DNA of 64,000 nt, taken from the human T2T-CHM13v2.0 reference genome, Homo sapiens. Location: NCBI RefSeq assembly GCF_009914755.1, contig NC_060928.1; one strand, written 5' to 3'. The translations under genes were made by a program, and so were the position numbers. The notes under the pieces are model-generated. The model did no database searches and had not been told where the DNA came from. It saw only the letters and a program-made list of their open reading frames with translations. Shown here piece after piece: positions 55,214 through 64,000 of the stretch; position 1 is the first letter of the stretch, and every line of letters starts with the position of its first letter.

Positions 55214-55639
55214 TCAATGGGATAGATGGAATGGTTGGGGTTGGAAAAGAAAAAAACTGATGACCAAGGGCTGAGGACCGATGGTCAGGGAGGAAGCAGA
55301 GGATACAAGGGTGACAAATCTTTTCAGAAACCTGACTCTGAAGAGTTGAAGAGAAAGAGATCAATAGCCCAGGAGGATCAAGGGACCACAGCGGGTATTT
55401 TTTGAGGTGGGGAGGAAGGATTAGCAGAGCCTTGTGCTGAGATGAAAGAGCCAATCGAGAAAGAGAGGACAAAGATACACAGAAGAAAGGATCCCATAAT
55501 GAATGGTAAAAATTCCTTCCTTCATTGAGAACATACTAGCCGAGTGCCTGTCATGTGCCAGGGCTTGTGCTGGTTGCTTGGGGTGGAGTGGTGAAGAATA
55601 GAGGCACGTCCCTTCCTTTGCTGAGCTGACAGCCCAGCC

Positions 55640-56110
55640 CAGACATTTCTAAACAGGTGTGCCCTGGACCTTTTTGATAGTGAAGGCTATGGGGTCCTCT
55701 CTCAGAATAATGCTTTTAATTTTCTATAATAGAATGCACAGAATGCAAAGGAAATTGATGATAGTCTATTAGATAACATTATTGAAATATTTAAAAACAA
55801 ATTTATGATTTAATAATATGTGGACTTTGATTAATGTATTAAATAAGATCTAAGAGCATGGCAAAGTAATAATGACATATTTAGAAATATGTGTAATAAC
55901 TATAATGTGATAATGAAAATATCTGCACTTTCAACTCTACCGAATCACAGACACTGCTAATGCAACTGTGATTTGTTTCTTTCACAATTGAGGGACACGA
56001 TAATTTCAGTTGGATGTGAAAAAATACATCTTTATTTTCACTAAATTCCAAGTTAAGGGACTCCTTGAATTCTGTCTAGATACCTAAGGAGTCCAGGTCT
56101 AGAATCCCTG
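55640..56110. mobile_element. hAT-Charlie element (MER119-like)
   Basis: 'gtgaaggctatggggtcctctctcagaataatgc...cactgctaatgcaactgtgatttg...aatttcagttgga...aggtctagaatccctg'. Confidence 0.6.
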
Positions 56111-56284
56111 ATGGGACATGGGATGTACTGCACCTGTTCCCTGGGCCTAGAAGGCAGACCCTTCAGGATGGTCAGGGGTGGTGCCAATGGTCGGTAAGTT
56201 GGGGAGCAGTGAGTGAGAGCATTTCCATGTGAAGCTGGAGATGAAGCCATTTGCTGAGTGTTTGCATGGCAGGGATGGTCTGGG

Positions 56285-56675
56285 TGCTGGACAGCTCTCC
56301 TTTGCCCCTTTAGGTCCACTCTACACCTGCTTCCTTCCTGCCCTGTGCCCCACACCAATAGGCTCTGTTTATACCTCCTTCTGTTTGGGACAGGCCAGTG
56401 GGAATACCAGCAGGATATTGAGGTGGGAAGGAGAATGGGATTGAGGCACTTATTCCCTAGCTCCTTGCATCTGAAGATCACAGCAGCTTTCTCCACACAG
56501 CTCCCTTTGTCCCTGGTAATTGTGCATCCTCTGTTACTAGTCCCAGGTAATGCTGTGCTACTTGTGGTTTCCCTAACTCTGCCCACATCTTTCTAAATAG
56601 TCCCTTTGCTAAAATAACCTCAGATTACCTAATATGATGCATCAGTCTGTTTGCTCTCATGACCTTGACTATACA
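56285..56675 (+). mobile_element. LTR33-like ERVL solo LTR
   Basis: 'ctcctttgcccctttaggtccactct...ctgcccacatctttctaaatagtcccttt...gaccttgactataca'. Confidence 0.75.
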
Positions 56676-56679
56676 GTTT

Positions 56680-57470
56680 GGGAGGCTGACAAGGACTTGT
56701 GAAGGTTTGGAGTAGCAGCAATGGGGAATGGACAGGTTTATGGGCAGTACCAAGATTTTGAATTAAGTTGGGGACCACTGACTTATGCTAAGGCAAGGTT
56801 ATGTGGTATTCTCCAGTAGGGTTAACCTAGAGGATGTCATTTACCAATATCATGGGATTGACGTGTGCTGAGGAATTCTGTGGAAGTGTGGCAGAAAGGA
56901 AGTCATGAGCAAGAGAACAGTTGACATGATGAACCAAGGACTCTCAGGCAAATAGGATAGCTTGTAAAGAAAGGGGACAGCTGATATACTGGAATATAGC
57001 AGAGTGCTTAAAGGACTGGCAGTATCAATGAGGTCCAAGTTCAAGTAGAGGGGACGGAAAGGTATGAGGGAGTTAGAAGGATAGGAGCTGTGAAGAGTTC
57101 AAATTTAATATTTCAAGACTGGAGCAATTAAAGTAGATGAAGAATTCCAAAGTGTAGCCAAGGTAGTGGATAGTTGGAGTGAAGGAGAGAAGTTATTACT
57201 GGGGATGGGGACATCTAGTAAGCCAGAGGCCAGAGAGGTGGACAAGCCATTCACTTGGGAGGCTGGGGTCACCCATGCGGGAGGAGGGACTTGGGATAGA
57301 GAGGAAAGCTGAGATCAGGAGGTGAGGTCCATGGAAACAACATGGAGGTTGGCAAGTGGCAGAAACAAGAAGTCATAACAGATAGTGCAGCCAAGCAGTG
57401 ACGTCTCCAAGAAAAAGGGTCTCTATCAGGAAGGTGGAGGAGCAATACCTGGAAATGAGATGGCCGGAGT
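56680..57470 (-). mobile_element. Old L2 body fragment
   Basis: Purine-rich 'ccagaggccagagaggtggacaagccattcac...tggggtcaccca' typical of antisense L2 ORF2. Confidence 0.45.
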
Positions 57471-57709
57471 GTGCACAAGTGCCCCCTTCTCTGGACCTGA
57501 TCTAACCTGGTCTTGCTCTCTGGACCTCCCTGGGACTCCCTCTTGCCCTGACCTGGATCTGCCCTGACTCCAGCTAAGTCTGACCTGACTTAGCTGACCT
57601 CATGTGATCTGATGAGGTTTGTTCTGTCCTGGACTATCATCCAGGTTCTTGACGTGGTTCATTTACAAATATAAATCATACTTCAGTAGGAAATGAGGTT
57701 AGATTATTG

Positions 57710-58070
57710 GAAGCGTTGTGTAGTACAAGTGGCCGCTCTTTTCAATCAACTCTGCTACTAACTAGCTTATGTACAAGTTAGATACTCTTACTGTTCTTGT
57801 TTTTTCTCATCTGTAAATAGGTATAATGAATAATAATTATGTCTGAAATGAGCTATTGTATACCAAGTGCACGTTGCACCTTGCCTGGCACGTAGGAAAA
57901 GTTTGGTAAAATGGAAGCTGTTTCTTAACCCCACATCTTTTACAGATACTGGCCTAGACAAGGTTAAGTAACCTTCATGAGGATGGAGACTTGTCTCTCT
58001 TGGTCACTGCTCTATTTCCTAGCTCAGTGTCTGGCACATAGAAAGGGCTCAATAAAAAAATATTGATTAA
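57710..58070 (+). mobile_element. MIR (~57710-57920) and L2 3' end (~57965-58070)
   Basis: 'ttctcatctgtaaataggtataat...tgcctggcacgtagg'; 'cttcatgaggatggagacttgtctctcttggtcactgc...gtctggcacatag...gctcaataaa'. Confidence 0.75.
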
Positions 58071-58619
58071 ATCTGTACCTATCAAAGCTCATAAAATAAC
58101 TATATAGGCTTATGAACTCATTCCTTTTTATTTCTGTATTATAAGTGGAAAGGATGGATATGGGATAAAATGATTCTTTTCACTCTTACAGACTTTGTTG
58201 TTTATTTTTTCTGAGCACGTTTACCTGTGCTTTCGTGTTGGGGCCACAGCAATCCAATGACTTAGCCAGAGAGGATATTCCTATCATCTTTGAATGGGAA
58301 GAAATTGGAACAGAAAAGTTGCATTTCTTGCCCAAGGGCACTCAAAGCATAAATGGCTGAGTTGGGTCTCCCAGTTGGGATACATTTTTCTAAGAAATCT
58401 TTATGCCCAACGAATTTGAAATAATTTAGAAATACTTTCAGCCCACAGGTTGAATCAAAAGAATGAATGTTAACAACACATAATTAGAAGGAAAGGAGGT
58501 GCCCTTCCTGAGAACTTTCCATAAACCAAGCACAGTGCCAGGAATTTTTACATATGACAGTTGAGTTCATTATGATGTTAAGTAAACCAGAACATTTCGT
58601 TTCTCAAGCAGTCTTGCCA

Positions 58620-59045
58620 TTGAGTGGGAAATGTGTGGATTTGGAGATGAGATAGACTTAGATTCATCCTTTACTAATGGATCACCTTGGGCAAGAAGCT
58701 TAATGTTTACAAACTTCAGTTTTCTGGTCTATAAAACGGTGATTGCACTGCCTGTTGCACATGGTGGTTGTACAAAATGCTGTGTACACTGCACATGTGT
58801 GCACACAGCAGGCACTGGGCAGCAGAGTGTGGTGGTCAAGAGCATGTTCTCAGGAATACATGATTTTGAATCCCAGCTCCATCATTTACTGGCTGTAGGA
58901 CCAGGGGTAAGTTACTCAGCCACACTGTCCTCCATTTCCTCATGTTGGAAAGAGAATGACAATGGCGTGCCACTCCTACTGCTTTGGTGAAGATGAAATG
59001 TCTTACTATGTGGCAAGCACTTAGACTAGTACAAGGTATACAGAT
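58620..59045 (+). mobile_element. Two tandem MIR copies
   Basis: 'accttgggcaag...cttcagttttctggtctataaaacgg' and 'ttgaatcccagctccatcatttactggctgt...taagttactc...tttcctcat'. Confidence 0.75.
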
Positions 59046-59871
59046 TATCCAAGATAGCCTGTCGAATTAGCAACTTTATCTGAGGATTTCAGATAATAGA
59101 AGGTTATACCTTAGCCAAATATATCAGAAATGTGCCTATCTTTAAAAAATTGGGATCCTACTTTAATAAATCCAAGTTACACCATGACTTGTTAAAGTAC
59201 TTGTCATTGTGGAATGGAGGCTGCTCAGAACAGTCTGCTCCAGCCTCATTTTGCTAAAAATAGAGTCTTCGATTTGAACCTTTGAACCCAGCAGCACTTC
59301 AGATGCTTAGCAAGGCTAATAACGCTTAACAAGGTCTCCTGCACAACTTTCTCCTCCTGAAAGTGGGGATGCAGAAGTGAGGACAGAGAAGCCTGTAGAC
59401 ACATAGGAGAGGAGATGGTCTTTCCAGGGGGAGGCAGCTTCCTGCCCATCACTTACTAGCTCTTTAAAGGAAGCAGGGAAAACTGAGCTTTCCACATGGG
59501 GGACCAGCAGGAGGGGATGGGAGGGGATTAGACTTCAGGAAAACAAGGTCTGGCACAGCCAGAGCAGCCAGGAGGGGGTGGGTGTCTGCAGGGGCAGTGT
59601 CTGGGAGCATCTGGACTCTTACTGGCATGTCAATTATGGTGCATTGGTGGCAGAGCTGCCTTTCAAGGTAGCATAGCTTGCACGGGGAAAAGACCTAATT
59701 CTCAAAAAGCTCACCCTACACTGAGCTCCATGTGTCTCCCAGTCACTCTCACCATGTTCCAGCTTTACTTTTCTGAACTTCACACCTTCCACCTGGCACT
59801 CACTCAGATACGTAAAGACCTACAATCAAGCCTCCCCTCCAAGACTCTCCTTTTCCCTAGTGAATAGCCTT

Positions 59872-60525
59872 TGTTCTTTTTTTTTAAACTTACTTAAAAA
59901 ACTTAAATACATACAGAAAAGTGCACTTATGATAAGTGTACGGCTTAAAGAATTTTCAAACATTGAACACACTCATGCCCAAACGGGAACAAGAATCAGA
60001 ACATATTGGCACCCTGAGAAACCCAGGCTGTATTGCCCAAAAATTGCTACTCTTGTGACTTCCAACTGCATCAATTAGCTTTGCCTGCCTTTGTACTTTA
60101 TATAATGCAATCATACAGTAGGTCTGAGACGTATATAAAGTACACACAGCACCGTGCCTGGCACACAGAACAAAGTGACAAGGGTCTTTGGCTTACTTTG
60201 TTCAACAGTGTGTTTGTGAAATTCATCCAGACTGTCACAGGCAGCTGTAGATTGCTTCCATGCGTTGCTATACGGTATTGTGTTGCATGAATACACCACA
60301 ATTTATTTATTCATTCTACTGTTGATGGGCTTTTGAGTTATTTCCAGTTGGGGGCTATTAAAATTACTGCGGCTAGGGACGTTCTAGTATGCTTTTTGGT
60401 GCAAACATATACACCTTTCTGTTGGAGTTACACCCAAATGTAGAATTACTGGGTGGTAGGCTGTGCTTATGTGTAGTTTGAATACATGCTGTCAAACATT
60501 TTGCCAAAGCAGCTGTACCAACATC
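59872..60525 (-). mobile_element. L1ME/L1MB-like 3' end
   Basis: 'atacatacagaaaagtgcac...ttgtactttatataatgcaatcatacagta...atacaccacaatttatttattcattctactgttgatgggc'. Confidence 0.85.
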
Positions 60526-60699
60526 CACTGTTCTTTTCACCATTTGTCACTGATTTTGCTGCACAGGAAGCTCTCTGATGAACTTGGTTTGTAGGAGGAG
60601 AAGTGGGGCACACGGAGAAAAAAGATTATCTGGAGCCTCAAGGAGTTTGCCAGGTGGGAGGCTGAAATCCAGCTGGAATTAAGGCTAAAGTCTACAACC

Positions 60700-60940
60700 C
60701 CTGAAAGTCCTGAAAAGGTTGGCTAGGCTGGGTCATGCACCCATCCCTGAGCCACTCCCTGTGATGGGAGGGAGGCACCATCTGATTGGCCAGCTCAGCT
60801 CACGCCAGATTCCTACTGCTTTTCCTGGGTGGGACATTGTGATTGACAGCTGCCTGCAGGGGACTGTTGGGTGCATCAGATGAGGGCTTGGATGCGAAAA
60901 TGCTCAGTGAACAAGGAAAACACTACAGATGTTCATTATT
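60700..60940 (-). mobile_element. Old MLT1 LTR fragment
   Basis: 'ctgggtcatgcacccatccctgagccact...tctgattggccag...cagatgttcatta'. Confidence 0.55.
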
Positions 60941-61633
60941 ACTGTCATGCTTCCATCTCATTTATTGTTGTGAAGAGTTTTCATACTCGGGAGATTAATG
61001 AGAAAGAAACCCAGCTTCTTCAATGAGGTCTCCAGGCCCAGCTGGATTTTATTGTTGGGAAATAAAGAACTGGCAGATGTTTTCTCTGAGTCTTGATCAG
61101 AAATATGAAGACAACAAATCTAGGATGAGGGAAATGACTTATTAAAAAGAGAAATGGAAATCTGTGCAGGAAATGAATGTGAGGCTTAATGAGAATGGAT
61201 CATTGCAAGGTGGTGTGTGTCCACAGAGATGCATATAGCCAGTGCCTTTTCATCAAGAACACACCATGACAAAGCAGCCTCCCCCCATCATGGCCACCTC
61301 TACCTGGCGCAGAGTCTGTGTTGGATGTCTCTACTGCCAGGTGTCATGTGTGAGAACGCTGGAGATTGACAGTGAGTTTTCTGGTGAAGGACCTAGGACT
61401 GTCCTTTTCCCCATCTGACTATTATTTTTCAAGCTTTATTTGGATGGATAAAATTGAAACAGAATCAGAATACCTTGGCCGGGATCACAGTTGGAGGCCC
61501 TTTTTGCCCCCTCTAGATTGTAGTTTTCTTATTTGAAAACGAGAGAGTCTGATTTAAAAATATCCAGGATTGCTCTTACGCTCACATTCTATGATTGTGA
61601 TTCTTTGATGAACACGTAGGAAGCATAAAAAGT

Positions 61634-62103
61634 TGTATTTGTTTCCTAGGACTGCCGTAAAAGATGACCACAAACTGGGTGTCTTCAAATAACAGAAATT
61701 ATGGATTCGCTCACGGTTCTGGAGACCAGAAGTCTAAAACCACGGTGTCAGCAGAGCTGTGCTTTCTCTGAAATCTGTGGGAGAGGCTCCTTCCTTGCCT
61801 TCTCCAGCTTCTAGTGGGCGGTTGTAGGAATTCCTTGGCTTGTGATGGGATGACTGTAATGTCTGCCTCCTTGCCTCCTTCTTCATAAGGCCTCTCTGTT
61901 TCTTCTCCTTTCTTCTTTTTTTTTTGGTCCCTTATAAGGACACATCTTAGAATCAGGACCCACCCTAATTCAGAATGATCTCATCTCAAGATCCTTAACT
62001 TAATTCCATCTGCAAAGACTCTTTTTACATTTTTCAAATAAATTCACCTTCTCAGATTACACATGAACATGACCTCCAGGGAGTCAACATTCAACCCGCT
62101 ACA
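61634..62103 (-). mobile_element. MLT1C-like solo LTR
   Basis: 'tgtatttgtttcctaggactgccgtaa...cacaaactgggtg...ttaacttaattccatctgcaaagac...attcaacccgctaca'; TSD aaagt / gaagt. Confidence 0.88.
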
Positions 62104-62278
62104 GAAGTTTTAAGTGACATCCTCTTAAAGGGATTGTTTAAACTGTGGATGGAAAAATCCATTTGTATCTTTTCGGGCTTAAATTCTGGATTCAAATCTG
62201 GCAATTTAAAATTTAGCCGTGAAAAATACAAAGGCCAGCGTTTAGAATCAGATCTGGTAGGTGGGCCGTAATAAATTT

Positions 62279-62950
62279 TTCATTCATTCATTCCTTCACT
62301 CACTCACTCACTCAACAATTGTGTTCTCAGAGTCCACTGCGTGTCAGCACCACAAGGCACAGATAAGCATATGCCAGTGTTCCTGCCCTCAAGGAGTTTA
62401 AAGCCCAGTGGGACTATGGATGAGAAAACAATTTAAAAGTAATACATTGAGTTCTGTAACAGCAATTAAAAGAGGTACTATGGAAAGTAGAAGAGGCATT
62501 CCTTAATGCTTTTAGAGAGATTTGGGAGGTGTCCAGAAGACACGACATTTATCTTACATTTTGAAGGATGAAGGAGTAGGGATTAATCAGAAAAGCCCTT
62601 TGGAGTGGGGATGCATTCCATGCTGCAGGAGCAGTGCATGGGAAGCCCTGAGGTGAGAGCGTAGTGAAGGCTGGTGTTACCGGAGCACAGTGTTCAAGAG
62701 GAGGAGAAGGGGGACAGGAGACAGAGAGAGGTGAGCAGGAGTAGGTGTTTGGGTTTCATTCTGGGAGGCCACTGGAGGGTTTGAACTAGCACAGAGAGAT
62801 ATTTTGTAAAGATTTCTCTGGCTGCTGGGCAAATAATGCATGGGTGGGAGTGAGGTTATCCCAGTGGAGGGATCTCTAGGGGAAGCCAAGCAGTCAATAG
62901 AATTGGAGGCAGGCAGGAGGTCGGCACCGTCTGTCCAGGTGATTTGTTCT
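62279..62950 (-). mobile_element. L2
   Basis: 'ttcattcattcattcc...tcctgccctcaaggagttta...ttgaaggatgaaggagtagg...ggccactggagggtttg...aaagatttctctggctgc'. Confidence 0.8.
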
Positions 62951-63544
62951 CTACCTGCAGACCCCTGCTTGTGGCCTGAAGGTGAGGGGACAGTTGCAGG
63001 GACCAAGATTCAGCCTCTTGGGAGCAGTGTGGCTACAGTGAGGTAATGGGCTCTGGCTCTCCCTAAGCATGCGGGAGATGCTGGGTCTGGAGAGTGAGGC
63101 TTACTTCCAGGGCACCCCAGATACTGGCACTGAGTGTGCACCCAACTGATGCTGGGCAAGGCTGAGCCACAAGTGGTGTGCATTCTCAGAAAGTCCAGAG
63201 GCATGAGAGGGGTTGTGGAAAGAGACTCAGAGGCAAGTTTACAAGATGGTGTTGGCTGGCAGCTTTAATTATTTATATGGTTATACTAAATAAGAGTCAG
63301 AATTTTTTTTTTTTCTGGAATGAATGACTAAAGGTTAAAATCTGGTCCCTGGTCTCCAACTTCATCTGCCAACTTTACATCTGGACCCCAGTAATATGAA
63401 CTACTTGATCGGTTCCAAATGCATCATGTACACTCTGCACCTTATCTCTGCCATTCCCTCTGTCTGGGACTCTGCATCCTCCGCAAGGTTAACTCACCTG
63501 GCCAATCATACAAGGGTTAAATTAACTGTACCTGACTATCATTC

Positions 63545-63593
63545 TTTCCCATCTCTCTCTCCCTTTTTTTCTCTTTCCCCCCTTCATTTCTCT

Positions 63594-63627
<34 letters not shown>

Positions 63628-63630
63628 TCA
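63545..63630. repeat. CT-rich / (CT)n simple repeat
   Basis: Read directly from the sequence. Confidence 0.85.
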
Positions 63631-63859
63631 TATTTTCCTCTTTATCCTTGGGTTTGACATGTTTGACTTCCATGTGCCTAAATATGATTTCTTTGTATTT
63701 ATTCTCCTTGGGGTTCATGGAATTTTTTTACTCATCTCTTCAAATAGTTCTTCTGTAGTATTCTGTCATCCCCGAGACTCCTACCACACATGTTAAACCA
63801 ATTGATGTTTTCCCGCCAATCTTGAATCTTTTTTTTTCTGCTTTTTTCACTTGTGTGTG

Positions 63860-64000
63860 TGTTTCAGTTTGGATACAACTCCTAAGTATTAATCTTTTGT
63901 CAGTTAGATACATTGCAAATATGTTCTTCAAGTCTGTGGCTTAACTTTTCACTCTTTTATGATACCTTTTGACATGTAGAAGTTTTAGGGTTCTTTTTTG
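63860..64000 (-). mobile_element. Old L1M ORF2 fragment running off the window
   Basis: 'attaatcttttgtcagttagatacattgcaaatatgttcttcaagtctgtggctt...ttttcactctt'. Confidence 0.8.

Noticed and set aside
56053-56586. Longest ORF in the window (177 aa)
   Set aside because: Mostly antisense LTR33; no recognisable domain

Overview
Primate (very likely human) non-coding genomic DNA, intronic or intergenic; the locus could not be identified from sequence alone. No protein-coding exon, tRNA, rRNA or CRISPR array is supported. The long ORFs in the track come from Alu, L1, MaLR, Tigger1 or simple repeats. The window is dominated by transposable elements: about 18 Alus, a full-length THE1D-like provirus (630-2912), a near full-length Tigger1 (5075-8473), an MSTC-like provirus nested in an LTR16 (45110-48230), a full-length but heavily interrupted Charlie1 hAT fossil (48565-54208), solo LTRs, and many MIR/L2/L1M/L3 fragments. 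Family and subfamily names come from recalled consensus sequences, not a database search, and boundaries of old elements are approximate. I found no convincing new biological system. The most unusual items are: a duplicated MER44 left end bracketing about 800 bp of non-MER44 DNA inside Charlie1; a perfect 23-bp-stem hairpin at 31224-31288 and several similar template-switch-like scars; a templated insertion inside Tigger1; a (CG)8(TG)10 Z-DNA tract; a consensus DUX4 site in a THE1 solo LTR; and several repeat-free, motif-rich enhancer candidates.
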